DNA of 64,000 bases from Candidatus Rariloculaceae bacterium (GCA_965262365.1 OZ253541.1:1092614-1156613); one strand, 5' to 3'; shown: positions 34,343-44,354, numbered from the stretch's first letter. Numbers and translations: made by a program. Notes: generated by a model from the letters alone, not told the origin.

Positions 34343-35893
34343 ATGAGTGGCGAGACCGCAAAAACCATATCCATCATGGATACGACGCTCCGGGACGGCG
34401 AGCAGACGCCCGGAATCGCCTATACGCCGTCGGAGAAGCTCCACGTGGCCCGCATGTTGCTCGGCGATGTCGGGGTGGATCGTATCGAGATCGTGTCCGC
34501 CCGCGCCTCGTCGGGCGAGCTGGAAGGGGCGCAGCGGGTGACAAACTGGGCCAGCGAGGCGGGCCTCATCGACCGCGTGGAAATGCTCGGATTCTGCGAC
34601 GGGGATCGCTCCGTGGACTGGATCCGCAACGCCGGCGGAGCGGTAATCAACCTTCTGACCAAGGGCTCGGAGCGACACTGCCGCGAGCAGTTGGGGATGA
34701 CGCCCGGCGAACACGTCGAGCGGATCGTCGATACGGTGAACTACGCCCGGGAGCAGGGCGTTCGCGTAAACGTCTACCTGGAGGACTGGTCCAACGGCAT
34801 TCGAGACGGGTTCGACTACGTCAAGCGCCTGGTCGATGCGCTGCAGGGGTTGGGCGTGGAACGGGTTCTGTTGGCCGATACCCTCGGCGTGCTTGCGCCC
34901 GACGATGTGCGCCACTACGTGAGCCTCATGGCCGTCACCTGGCCCGAAAACGTGTTCGACTTCCACGGCCACAACGACTACGGCCTCGCCACCGCCAATG
35001 CCATCGCCGCGATCCAGTCGGGGGCGGTGGGGGTGCATACCAGCGTCAACGGACTGGGCGAGCGGGCCGGCAATACTTCGCTGGCGGAGATCGTCACGGC
35101 CATCGCCGACCACACGTCGTTCCGGACCAACGTCAACGAATCCCGGCTTGCCGCGGTTTCCGAGTTGGTGGAAACCTTCAGCGGCAAGAACATTTCGGCG
35201 AATACCCCGATTCTCGGCGCCGATGTCTTTACCCAGACGGCGGGAATCCACGCCGACGGTGACGCCAAGGGCGACCTCTACGCCACGCGCCTGGCGCCGC
35301 AGCGGTTCGGCCGCGAGCGCCGTTACGCGCTCGGCAAACTCTCCGGCAAGGCTTCGCTGGACCATAACCTGGCCCAACTCGGCATCAAGCTTTCCGACAC
35401 CAACCGCAGAAAGGTTCTCGACCGAATCATCGAACTCGGCGACAAGAAGCACACGGTGGTGCCGGAAGATCTGCTGATGATCATCGCCGATGTGCTCAAG
35501 ACGCCGGCGGAACATCTTGTAAGGATCAACCGCTACAAGATCGATGTCGCATCCGACAGGCCGCCCAGGGCTTCGGTCAGCGTCTCGTTCAAGGGGCGCA
35601 CCAGCGAGGCTTCAGATACGGGAGACGGTGGCTACGACGCCTTCATGAAGGCGCTGGCACAGGCCGTTTCGCACCACGGCATCGACATGCCGCGGCTGGC
35701 CGATTACCGGGTACGAATTCCGCCCGGGGGACGTACCGAGGCCCTGGTGGAGACCCTGATCGAATGGAGCGACCAGGCGAACGGCCGGCGGTTTTCCACC
35801 GTGGGTGTGGATCCCGACCAGACGGCAGCCGCCGTTATCGCCACCGAAAAGATGTTGAACATCGTTGCCCACGAACGCGCCAGAGCGGGATAA
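34343..35893 (+). CDS. citramalate synthase / 2-isopropylmalate synthase family enzyme (CimA-like length)
   Basis: IMDTTLRDGEQTPGIAY ... HGHNDYGLATANAIAAIQSGA ... VNGLGERAGN are HMGL-like catalytic blocks. 516 aa with a C-terminal regulatory-domain-sized region. Confidence 0.85.
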   Translation: MSGETAKTISIMDTTLRDGEQTPGIAYTPSEKLHVARMLLGDVGVDRIEIVSARASSGELEGAQRVTNWASEAGLIDRVEMLGFCDGDRSVDWIRNAGGAVINLLTKGSERHCREQLGMTPGEHVERIVDTVNYAREQGVRVNVYLEDWSNGIRDGFDYVKRLVDALQGLGVERVLLADTLGVLAPDDVRHYVSLMAVTWPENVFDFHGHNDYGLATANAIAAIQSGAVGVHTSVNGLGERAGNTSLAEIVTAIADHTSFRTNVNESRLAAVSELVETFSGKNISANTPILGADVFTQTAGIHADGDAKGDLYATRLAPQRFGRERRYALGKLSGKASLDHNLAQLGIKLSDTNRRKVLDRIIELGDKKHTVVPEDLLMIIADVLKTPAEHLVRINRYKIDVASDRPPRASVSVSFKGRTSEASDTGDGGYDAFMKALAQAVSHHGIDMPRLADYRVRIPPGGRTEALVETLIEWSDQANGRRFSTVGVDPDQTAAAVIATEKMLNIVAHERARAG

Positions 35894-35991
35894 GTGGGCG
35901 CCATCGCTGCTGTTGGTGGTGGACCGGCCCTCTGCAAGCGCTGCAACCGCATGACAGCGTTCACTCTGATGGGTTTGAGACGCGTGCGCTG

Positions 35992-37246
35992 ATGCGGTTT
36001 GGCAGCGTATTGGTGGCCTTGGCGTTGGCGTTGGCGTTGGCATTGGCACTGGCGCCGGGAGCGGGGGCGCAGGCGCAGTCGCTCGACTTCGCGGGCACGC
36101 TCGGTCTTCAGACCCGATGGTATCCCGAGTCGCCGGCATTCGCCGGACAGCGCTCGCACGCCAGCGGCTTTGTTGCCGAACCGAATCTCTATACCGAAAG
36201 CGCCGGGGGCGCGAGCTTTACGCTCACGCCGTTCGCACGTTACGACAGCGCCGACTCACGGCGAACCCACGCCGATCTGCGCGAGGCCTACCTGCTGGTG
36301 TACGGGGACTGGGGTGCGAACTTCTGGGAACTTCGACTGGGGGTGGGCCGGGTGTTCTGGGGCGTTGCCGAGTTGCACAATCTCGTGGACATCGTCAATC
36401 AATTTGACCTGATCGAGCACCCCAGGGAGGAAGCCAAGCTGGGGCAGCCCATGGCGTACCTGACGCTCGGCGGCGATTGGGGCGTGGCGGAAGTTGGTGG
36501 CGCTGCCCTATCACCGCGAGCGCACCTTTGCGGGGCCCTCCGGCCGCCTTCGCCCGGGCCGGTTGATCCTGGATGATGCCCTGTATGAGAGCGGAGATGA
36601 AGATCGTCATCTGGACGTCGCGGCCCGCTACAGCAACAGCGTGGGGCTCGTGGATTTCGGCCTGAGTACTTTCGCCGGTACGAACCGTGAGCCCTTTTTC
36701 GTTCCGGCGATCCAACCCGGCTTGATTCCGGACGCCAATACCGCGCTGATTCCCTACTACGAACAAATCCGGCAATTTGGCCTTGACGCCCAGCTTACGG
36801 CCGGGTCATGGTTGTTCAAGCTGGAAGCGATTCACCGCAGTGGGGCACGCAACCTTCTTGGCGAAGAAGAGGATTACCGTGCGGCCATCCTCGGCGGGGA
36901 GCGCACCGTTTACGCTGTCTTCGGTTCCGTGGCCGACCTGACACTGCTTGCCGAATGGCACGACGACGGCCGCGGCCGCTGGGCGACCAACGTATGGGCC
37001 AATGACGTCTTTGTGGCCGGGCACCTGGCATTGAACGACATGCAGGGCACAGAGATCGCGGCGGGTCTTCTGGGGGACCTGAGCCGCAACTACCGAGCGC
37101 TGAGCGTGGAGATGAGGCGGCGCTTGTCGAACCGTTGGTCGATGCGCCTGGAGCTGATCGCCAACGTAGACGTCGACCCGGAAGATCTCACCTACGATGC
37201 CAGGCGCGACAGTTTCGTGGCCTTCGACTTCAACTACAACTTCTAG
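35992..37246 (+). pseudogene. outer-membrane beta-barrel protein gene split by a +1 frameshift near 36490
   Basis: ORF A (MRFGSVLVALALALALALALAPGAGAQAQ...LTLGGDWGVAE) and ORF B (LVALPYHRERTF...FDFNYNF, with a terminal aromatic residue) abut in different frames. After the junction ORF A reads only low-complexity sequence. Confidence 0.7.
36016..36054 (+). repeat. hexanucleotide repeat (GCNYTG x6, core GCGTTG x3) encoding (Ala-Leu)n in the signal peptide
   Basis: gcc ttg gcg ttg gcg ttg gcg ttg gca ttg gca ctg gcg, read directly. Confidence 0.9.
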
Positions 37247-38936
37247 CGCCTGTTGCCGCAATTTCGGATGGCGTAAACGGGTCCAAATCCGTTCGCCAGG
37301 GTTCCAGGCCGATCCGATCGGCGTAGTCGGCCCAATGCGCGACCAACTCCGACTTGATGTCCGGGTGCAGGTCGGAAACGTCCTGGCGCTCGCCTGGATC
37401 GTCCTGGAGGTTAAACAGGTCCCATTCCAACGGCGGGTCCTCCTGATCATTTCCACCGGTCGCCCGAGTGACGATTTTCCATGGCCAGAGAACGAGCGCG
37501 GCCCGGCGATCGTTGGTCGTGATCCAGGGCGTGGCCGTTGGTTCGGGCGGCTCGCCGCCGCGAATCAGATCCCAGAACGATCGACCGCGTACGGGCAAGA
37601 CCTGGCGTCCCTGGAACTCTTCGGTCGGAGCCGGCGCCTCGGCAATGTGGAGGAAGGTCGGGATCAGGTCCATCACCGTCAGATACGTGCGCTCGTGTCC
37701 GCCCTTGTTGGCTAGATCAGGGTGCCGCACGAAGGTCGCGACCTGTGTGCCTCCGGTGTACATCGATCCCTTGAGTTCCCTGAAGGGCGCCGTGGCAGCT
37801 TCACCCCAGCCGCGCTCATAGGCTGTAAACGACCATTGCCGGCCCATGTTGGCCAGCGAAAGGTCGTTGTCCGTGCGGGGCATCTCGGGCGGATAGAACG
37901 TATCATCGCCTCCGGACGCGCCGTTGTCCGATGAGAAGATGATGACCGTGTCGTCGAGTTGTCCGGATTCCTCCAGGAACACGACAAGCCGGCCGATGTT
38001 CCAATCGACGTTCTCGACCATGGCCGAATAGATTTCCATGGCCCGTGAAAGCTTGGACCGGTGTTCCTCGCTGAGGTCGTTCCACGCAGGCGCTTGCCCC
38101 CGGTATCCATCCAGCGTCAATCCATCCGGAAGCACGCCGAGCTCCGTCGCACGAGCGACGCGCGCCTCCCGCACCGCATCGTAGCCGTCGTCGTAGCGGC
38201 CTGCGTACCGGTCGATCCAGTCCTCGGGCGCCTGCAGCGGCCAGTGGGGAGCCGTGAGTGCGAGATAACCGAACCAGGGCACTCCGTCATTCAGGTTGGT
38301 GGAAATCTGTTCGATCAGTTTGTCGGTAAAGAGGTCCGATGAGAACCACTCCTCGGGCAGAGGGAAACTCACGCCGTTTTCCAGGTAGGCGCCTCCTGGC
38401 GCGAATTCGGAGACCGGAGGGTAATTGCTGTGCCCCAGGTGATTGTCGGCCGGGGGACCGAGCGCGAACGACAATTCGAAGCCTCGAGCGCGGGCACTTT
38501 GTTCCAGCGTAATTCCCAGGTTCCACTTGCCGGACATATACGTGTGGTACCCGGCCGCGCCGAGCCACTCCGGCATGGTCGCCACATCCGGTCGCAGGGT
38601 TTCATTGTGGAATATGACACCGGCTTCGCGCGTCGTCATCCCGGACATCAGGCTGGCGCGGGTCGCGGCGCAGTAGGGCGCAGCATGAAAGTTCGTCAGC
38701 CGCACGCCCTCGAACGCCAGTGCGTCCAGATTGGGCGTGGAAATCTCACCGCCGAACGAGCCCACGTCGGTATAGCCAAGGTCGTCGGTGAGGATGAACA
38801 GGATGTTCGGCCGTCCGTCCTCGACTGCCACGGTGCTGGGGGCGTCGGGGGAATCGGGTGGTGGCTCACCCTGGCACGCCACCAGCATCGCCGTCACAAC
38901 CATCGTACCGGTGAACGGAAGGGAATTGGGTCTCAC
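37230..38936 (-). CDS. sulfatase-family lipoprotein with atypical active-site motifs
   Basis: MVVTAMLVAC lipobox. Blocks NILFILTDDLGYTDVGSFGGEISTPNLD and FSSDNGAS. The FGly motif reads C-A-A-T-R and the GKWHLG position reads GKWNLG. The 3' end overlaps the convergent OMP pseudogene by 17 nt. Confidence 0.85.
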   Translation of the reverse strand: MRPNSLPFTGTMVVTAMLVACQGEPPPDSPDAPSTVAVEDGRPNILFILTDDLGYTDVGSFGGEISTPNLDALAFEGVRLTNFHAAPYCAATRASLMSGMTTREAGVIFHNETLRPDVATMPEWLGAAGYHTYMSGKWNLGITLEQSARARGFELSFALGPPADNHLGHSNYPPVSEFAPGGAYLENGVSFPLPEEWFSSDLFTDKLIEQISTNLNDGVPWFGYLALTAPHWPLQAPEDWIDRYAGRYDDGYDAVREARVARATELGVLPDGLTLDGYRGQAPAWNDLSEEHRSKLSRAMEIYSAMVENVDWNIGRLVVFLEESGQLDDTVIIFSSDNGASGGDDTFYPPEMPRTDNDLSLANMGRQWSFTAYERGWGEAATAPFRELKGSMYTGGTQVATFVRHPDLANKGGHERTYLTVMDLIPTFLHIAEAPAPTEEFQGRQVLPVRGRSFWDLIRGGEPPEPTATPWITTNDRRAALVLWPWKIVTRATGGNDQEDPPLEWDLFNLQDDPGERQDVSDLHPDIKSELVAHWADYADRIGLEPWRTDLDPFTPSEIAATGARSCS

Positions 38937-39090
38937 GGGCGCGCCTCTGCGTTCTTGCCAGCGCGTGAGTTTAACCGAACGGGGAAATTTTGCGCCTTGT
39001 CGCCGAATTACCGGTGTCCGTCCATTTCAATTTCGATTCGTGTATGATTTTCACATTTGTTTAATGACTTAAACATTGCGTATTCTCATT

Positions 39091-39339
39091 ATGAAAATCA
39101 TACAACTAACCATGGATACAGAGTTGGTGGCGCGGGTGGACGACTGCGCTCGGCGCCTTGGCGCCACGCGCTCCGGGTTCACACGGGAAGCGTTGCGGGC
39201 CGCATTGCGGCGCTACGAAGAAAAAGAGCTTGAGGAGCGTCACAGGGCCGGATACCGTGAAACACCGTCCCGTCCGCGCGAATTTGAAATTCCGGAAGAT
39301 GATTGGGCCTGGGGCGATGAAGCATGGAGTGGCGAATAG
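39091..39339 (+). CDS. ribbon-helix-helix (CopG/MazE-like) antitoxin
   Basis: MKIIQLTMDTELVARVDDCARRLGATRSGFTREALRAALRRY is an RHH pattern. It lies directly upstream of the toxin gene and overlaps it. Confidence 0.75.
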   Translation: MKIIQLTMDTELVARVDDCARRLGATRSGFTREALRAALRRYEEKELEERHRAGYRETPSRPREFEIPEDDWAWGDEAWSGE

Positions 39340-39653
39340 TGCGCCGCGGCGAAATCCGCTGGTACCGATTTGCCCAACCGGATAAGCGCAGACCCGTCCT
39401 GATTCTGACGCGGGATTCGATCATCTCCAGCCTTGGCGAGGTAACCGTTGCGCCGTTGACCACCACGATTCGGAATATTCCCAGCGAAGTAGTGCTTTCC
39501 AGGGATGACGGACCGCCTCGGGATTGTGCGGTGAACTGCGACCACTTGCAGACGGTGCCACGGAGTCGGCTCGGAGGGCCGGTTGGTAGTCTTTCCACGC
39601 TGAAAATGGAACAGGTGGCAAGAGCCGTTCGTTTCGCACTTGCGCTCGGATGA
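39324..39653 (+). CDS. PemK/MazF-family toxin
   Basis: RRGEIRWYRFAQPDKRRPVLILTRD...VTVAPLTTTIRNIPSEV...DCAVNCDHLQTV is the MazF pattern. The more likely start is GTG 39339, which overlaps the antitoxin TAG. Confidence 0.8.
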   Translation: MEWRIVRRGEIRWYRFAQPDKRRPVLILTRDSIISSLGEVTVAPLTTTIRNIPSEVVLSRDDGPPRDCAVNCDHLQTVPRSRLGGPVGSLSTLKMEQVARAVRFALALG

Positions 39654-39759
39654 GCGCAGACTACCGCACGCATAACCCGGTCGGCCCGCCAATTCCGACT
39701 TCGGGCGCAAGGAATTGGGGTCGCGCGAGGTTCGCCTCAAACAACTAGCCAATGGACAG

Positions 39760-39975
39760 CTAGTCGGCCAACACGTTGGCGCCGCCGTCAATACCGCCCA
39801 GACAGCGCTCGGTGCAGCAGGAAGTGCAGTAGCAGTCGCGGTAGGTCCAGGTGTTGGCGCCTTGATGGATGTGTTCTGACGCGCTGTAGATTCCCCAATT
39901 GAATGCTTTGAGCCTCTGCGCGTGTTGCGGTTCGAGCCTGTTCTGGCTTTCAAAGGCCAGGGGATATGTCAGCAT
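39760..39975 (-). CDS. small Cys-rich protein (71 aa from ATG 39975; up to 95 aa from TTG 40047)
   Basis: ...NWGIYSASEHIHQGANTWTYRDCYCTSCCTERCLGGIDGGANVLAD. By my count 53 of 71 third-codon positions are G/C, in a lower-GC region, which supports coding. No signal peptide is evident. Confidence 0.5.
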   Translation of the reverse strand: MLTYPLAFESQNRLEPQHAQRLKAFNWGIYSASEHIHQGANTWTYRDCYCTSCCTERCLGGIDGGANVLAD

Positions 39976-40084
39976 CCTGGCCGCGAGTTCATCCGGGAAG
40001 GTGCCAATCAAGCAGAACTTTGGCCTAATATGCGAGTCCAACGGCAATATTCCGCCCCAAGAGAGATTCCTCTCCGTTCAATAC

Positions 40085-40828
40085 ATGCGGCACTCAAGTA
40101 ACCATGGCGATGGCCAAATAGCTGATGACAGCATTTTGGCGATCGCGGTCAATATGATCGCCGCGCCGCGCGAAGCTCTGCAGGCACTGAGGCTCAAAAC
40201 GGCGGCACTGGCGCCGCTAAGTGTGATCGTCATTGCCAATGCCGCCATCATACTTGCGTATTACAGCCAGGTTGATTTGACCTGGCTCGTCGAAACGGAC
40301 ATGCAAAACTCCTCCCAGGAACTGACTCAGGAGCAGCGCGAAGCAGCCGCCGACTTCATGGGGGACACTTCCCCAATGTTGTTGGGGTCGATCGGCGCCC
40401 TGGCGGCGACGGTCGTGCTTGCACTGTTGTTCGTCCTGAACGCCGCCTGGCTATCCGGTATATCGCTGCTGAGCAACGATGGCATCGGGTTCAGGTATTG
40501 GTTTTCGATGATCTGCTGGTGCGCATTACCGCTCGTATTCGGATACGCGGCGTCGCTTGTGAACCTGTTTGTCAGCGACGCAACCTTTCTCCCCGCCGAC
40601 CGCATCAATCCATTGTCATTCAGCAGTCTTCTCAACATCGAAAGCGCCAATGGGCGCATGCTGCGGCAATCCATGCAGTCGTTGGACATTACGGCCATCT
40701 GGTCCATGGCACTGGTGGTGTTTGGGTATCACACATGGACGCAACGGAGCTTGCTTAAGTCGGCGTTGATCGTTTTCTCGCCCGCGGTACTGATCGTCGG
40801 CACTATCCTGTATGTCACGAGCGGCTAG
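40085..40828 (+). CDS. YIP1-like multi-pass membrane protein
   Basis: ATG 40085. There is one TM segment, then a soluble stretch (SSQELTQEQREAAADFMGD), then four more TM segments, a layout I associate with Yip1-domain proteins. Confidence 0.5.
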   Translation: MRHSSNHGDGQIADDSILAIAVNMIAAPREALQALRLKTAALAPLSVIVIANAAIILAYYSQVDLTWLVETDMQNSSQELTQEQREAAADFMGDTSPMLLGSIGALAATVVLALLFVLNAAWLSGISLLSNDGIGFRYWFSMICWCALPLVFGYAASLVNLFVSDATFLPADRINPLSFSSLLNIESANGRMLRQSMQSLDITAIWSMALVVFGYHTWTQRSLLKSALIVFSPAVLIVGTILYVTSG

Positions 40829-40843
40829 CGGCCAGGCCACGTC

Positions 40844-42016
40844 ATGCAGAAAAAACTACTTGTCATCTTTGCAATTGCCCTGGCTGTCGTGGCCGTGCCG
40901 GTGCTGCGCAACGTGGCAGGCGGCGGCAATTCGGTCGAAGTCCAGATCGAGGCATTGGCGCCGCGCAGCATCCAGGCGTCGGTGCTGGCGTCCGGGCACC
41001 TCGTCCACGAGGAAGAGGTCAAGCTGAGCACCGAAGTCATCGGCAGGGTCACCGGGATCTATGTCGAGGAAGGGGACCGCGTGACGAACGGGCAGCTCCT
41101 GCTGCAGATCGACGATGATATCTACCGCGCCGCGGTCGATCAGAACGAAGCCACCGTGCGCATGCAGGAAATTGCCATTCAACGCCAACAGATGTGGGCT
41201 GAAAATCTCAAGACGAAGTGGGATCGACAACAGGAGTTACACGAGCGCAATCTCATCGACGACGATAGTTTCGAGGTCGCGACGAACGAATGGGGCGTTG
41301 CGGAAATCGACTTGCGTTCGAGCCGCGAGTCGCTATCCCAGGCCATTGCGCAGCTTGAACAGGCCGAAGACCGCTTGAGCAAGACGCGCGTCGTCTCGCC
41401 GATCGATGGCACGGTAACCTCACTCGACATCAAGGTCGGCGAAACGGCAATTTCCAGTACGACGAATATTCCCGGCTCGGGTCTCATGACAATCGCGAAT
41501 CCCGCGAGTATTCATACGGAAGTCAACGTTGATGAAGCCGACATCGCAAATGTCGCGGTCGGTCAAAATGCGCAAGTCTTTGCGATTGCGTACCCCGATC
41601 AGCCGATCGAGGGTGTTATCGATTCTATTGCCGTGTCAGCCAAGGTCGCCGAAGGCGCTCAGGGCTTGAGCTTCGCGGTCAAGATTCGCCTGGAGAAGAC
41701 CAATGGCATCGTGCTGCGGCCCGGCATGAGCTGCCGCGCGGAAATTTTCACGGAGATCGCAGAAGGGTTACTCGCTGTTCCCATCCAGGCGATTCTTGTC
41801 GACGAAGACCGCAACGCGAACCGAACCACGTATCGCGTGTTCGTGCACGAGGACCGAAAAGCGCGCCAGGTGGAGGTTCGAGTCGGTCTGTCGGACGATG
41901 CCTGGCAGGCGGTCACCGGCGGATTGAACGAAGGTGACGAGGTCATTATCGGGCCCGACCGCGTATTGCGAAATCTCGGTAGCGGCGACAACGTCACGGT
42001 CCTGTCATCGGATTAG
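40844..42016 (+). CDS. HlyD/MacA-type periplasmic adaptor
   Basis: N-terminal TM, a long coiled-coil middle, a lipoyl-like region (SPIDGTVTSLDIKVGE) and a beta-barrel region (VLAVPIQAI). Confidence 0.85.
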   Translation: MQKKLLVIFAIALAVVAVPVLRNVAGGGNSVEVQIEALAPRSIQASVLASGHLVHEEEVKLSTEVIGRVTGIYVEEGDRVTNGQLLLQIDDDIYRAAVDQNEATVRMQEIAIQRQQMWAENLKTKWDRQQELHERNLIDDDSFEVATNEWGVAEIDLRSSRESLSQAIAQLEQAEDRLSKTRVVSPIDGTVTSLDIKVGETAISSTTNIPGSGLMTIANPASIHTEVNVDEADIANVAVGQNAQVFAIAYPDQPIEGVIDSIAVSAKVAEGAQGLSFAVKIRLEKTNGIVLRPGMSCRAEIFTEIAEGLLAVPIQAILVDEDRNANRTTYRVFVHEDRKARQVEVRVGLSDDAWQAVTGGLNEGDEVIIGPDRVLRNLGSGDNVTVLSSD

Positions 42017-42022
42017 GCCGCC

Positions 42023-42724
42023 ATGGCCCTTATCGAACTCACGTCCATCAGTCGGCACTACGTGATGGGGCAGCACGTTATCAAGGCTATCGATAACGTC
42101 GACCTCGGCATAGAGTCAAATGAATACGTCGTTTTTATCGGCTCGTCCGGTTCCGGAAAATCGACACTCATGAATATCGTCGGCTGTCTGGATACACCCA
42201 CGCACGGACGCTACGTACTGAACGGCCGCAATGTCAACGGTCTCGACCAGGGCGCGCTTGCGGACATACGCAATCAGGAGATCGGCTTCATATTTCAAAG
42301 TTTCAATCTGCTGCCCCGCGCGACGGCGCTGAAAAACGTGATGCAGCCGCTGATCTATGCCGGCATCGGATTCGCCGACCGCCGCGCCGAGGCCGAACAC
42401 GTGTTGGAGCGCGTGGGCCTCGCCGACCGAAGCGAGCATTTGCCGAATCAATTGTCGGGAGGGCAGTGCCAGCGCGTTGCCATTGCCCGCGCATTGGTCA
42501 CCCACCCGTCGATCCTGCTTGCGGACGAGCCGACGGGGAATCTGGATTCGCAAACGACCATGGAGATCATGGCCCTGTTCGACGAACTGCACGACGAAGG
42601 GCATACGATTGTCGTTGTCACGCACGAGCCCGATATCGCCGCACACAGCGAGCGCGTGGTGCGGCTCCGGGACGGTCGGATTTCGGAAGACCACGCACAT
42701 GACGCCGATCGACAATCCGGATAG
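42023..42724 (+). CDS. ABC transporter ATP-binding protein (MacB/LolD-type)
   Basis: Walker A GSSGSGKST, signature LSGGQCQRVAIARAL, Walker B LLADEPTGNLD. Confidence 0.9.
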   Translation: MALIELTSISRHYVMGQHVIKAIDNVDLGIESNEYVVFIGSSGSGKSTLMNIVGCLDTPTHGRYVLNGRNVNGLDQGALADIRNQEIGFIFQSFNLLPRATALKNVMQPLIYAGIGFADRRAEAEHVLERVGLADRSEHLPNQLSGGQCQRVAIARALVTHPSILLADEPTGNLDSQTTMEIMALFDELHDEGHTIVVVTHEPDIAAHSERVVRLRDGRISEDHAHDADRQSG

Positions 42725-43994
42725 CTGCCACCGGCAACGTCGCCCGGCAGGCACGAGATTTCCGTTGTGGTTCGCCGCAACCGAAAGCGTGCGGGCCGCG
42801 CTCGGTTCGATCCGTGCACATGGCTTTCGCAGTTTCCTGACGACATTGGGCATCGTGATCGGTGTTGCGTCAGTCATCGGGATGGTTTCGATCATCCAGG
42901 GACTGAGCTTCGCGATCGGTGCGCAACTGCAAGGCCTCGGAAGCAACGGCGTCACGGTGCAGTCGTACACACCGATGATCCAGCGCCTGCAGGGCCGTCG
43001 CGCTCGGCTCACCCAGGAGGACCTGGACCTCATCAGCTACCGCGTCGACGGCATCGAATCGATCACGCCGATCATGTATTTGCAGGCTGGCCTGAGTCAG
43101 GTTCGCTACGGCTCACAGACCGCCGTTGCGCAGGTTCTCGGGACAACCTATTCCTTTCAGGAGGTCGGCCAGTACTTTTCGCAGTATGGCCGGTTCTTGT
43201 CCGACAGCGACAACAGAACGCGTCGGCGCGTCGCGGTAGTCGCCGAACAGACCCGGGAGGACCTGGGCTTACCCGAAAACCCCGTCGGTGAGTTCATTCA
43301 AGTCAACGGGGAGTGGCTCAAGATCATCGGACTACCGGAACCCAAGGGCGAGATCCTCGGGCAAGCGCTCGACGACCGCGTGCTGATCCCATACAGCACG
43401 ATGGCCAGCATGCTGGGAAACCAAAGATCCCCGGATATTCAGATCCAGTTGACGATTGCCGACTTGAATGAGATGGACGCGATCATCGGGTTGATTGCGC
43501 GACTGCTCAGAAATGCGCACAACCTGGAGCCGGCAGATCCCAACGACTTCCGAATTCAGACCGCCGAGCAGCTTCGAGAGACGTTCGATACGATCATTAA
43601 CAACATAACGATCGCAATGGCCGGAATCGTCGGTATCTCCTTGCTCGTCGGCGGCATCGGCATCATGAATATCATGCTGGTGTCGGTGACCGAGCGGACC
43701 CGCGAGATAGGTATCTGCAAGGCGATCGGTGCCAAACGGCACCACATCTTGCTGCAGTTTCTGCTCGAGGCGCTGGTTCTGTGCCTGCTCGGCGGCTTGG
43801 CCGGGCTAGCTATCGGCTACGGGATCGGAGCGGTCGCGGCATCGCTCATTCCAGGTTTTCCACCGGCACACACGCCCGCATGGGCGATCGCGCTGGCGCT
43901 TGGCTTCTCCGCCGCCGTCGGTGTCGTATTCGGAATTCTGCCGGCCGCGAAAGCGGCGAACCTGGACCCGATCAGTTCTCTGCGTTATGAATAG
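42699..43994 (+). CDS. MacB/FtsX-type ABC permease
   Basis: ATG 42699 overlaps the ATPase gene by 26 nt. FRSFLTTLGIVIGVASVI at the N-terminus, a large periplasmic domain, and C-terminal FtsX blocks TERTREIGICKAIGA and PAAKAANLDPISSLRYE. Confidence 0.85.
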   Translation: MTPIDNPDSCHRQRRPAGTRFPLWFAATESVRAALGSIRAHGFRSFLTTLGIVIGVASVIGMVSIIQGLSFAIGAQLQGLGSNGVTVQSYTPMIQRLQGRRARLTQEDLDLISYRVDGIESITPIMYLQAGLSQVRYGSQTAVAQVLGTTYSFQEVGQYFSQYGRFLSDSDNRTRRRVAVVAEQTREDLGLPENPVGEFIQVNGEWLKIIGLPEPKGEILGQALDDRVLIPYSTMASMLGNQRSPDIQIQLTIADLNEMDAIIGLIARLLRNAHNLEPADPNDFRIQTAEQLRETFDTIINNITIAMAGIVGISLLVGGIGIMNIMLVSVTERTREIGICKAIGAKRHHILLQFLLEALVLCLLGGLAGLAIGYGIGAVAASLIPGFPPAHTPAWAIALALGFSAAVGVVFGILPAAKAANLDPISSLRYE

Positions 43995-43997
43995 GCT

Positions 43998-44013
43998 GGC
44001 TCCCCGGGCCGGC
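43998..44013. repeat. 16-bp direct repeat identical to the 3' end of tRNA-Asn (att-like scar)
   Basis: TGGCTCCCCGGGCCGG at 43998..44013 equals 46471..46486, which is the last 16 nt of the tRNA on the minus strand. Confidence 0.85.
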
Positions 44014-44112
44014 ATTTCATCCAACGGAACAGGTTTTGCGCACCCGCCAGCTCACCATCCCATAGCGCTTCCAGATATCGGCGGGTGGCCTGCTGCCCGT
44101 GCGCACGCCCAC

Positions 44113-44322
44113 TCAATCGGACTGCGGTACCAGCTCGACTTCGTACAGCCTGGGCCAGTTCTTGCCAGTGAGGAATAACCTCTCAGACGTCGGGTCGAAT
44201 GCGATACCGTTCAACATGTCCTCATAACTGCGCTGAGACCGCGGATAGAGCAGGCGAAGCTTAAAACCCACGGTGTGTGGCATTGAGCGTCGGGACGCGG
44301 ACGCCCTGGCACGCCAGCGCAT
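44113..44322 (-). pseudogene. C-terminal remnant of a glutaminyl cyclase (glutamine cyclotransferase)-like gene
   Basis: ...[31 protein letters not shown] matches the C-terminal blade of bacterial glutamine cyclotransferases. The rest of the roughly 250-aa protein is absent. Confidence 0.55.
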
Positions 44323-44354
44323 ATACTGTTCGCCCCGTTGCGTTTCATGGCCTC

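Noticed and set aside
38871-38887. TGGCTCACCCTGGCACG as a third att-like copy of the tRNA-Asn 3' end
   Set aside because: It diverges after six bases and lies inside the sulfatase coding sequence.
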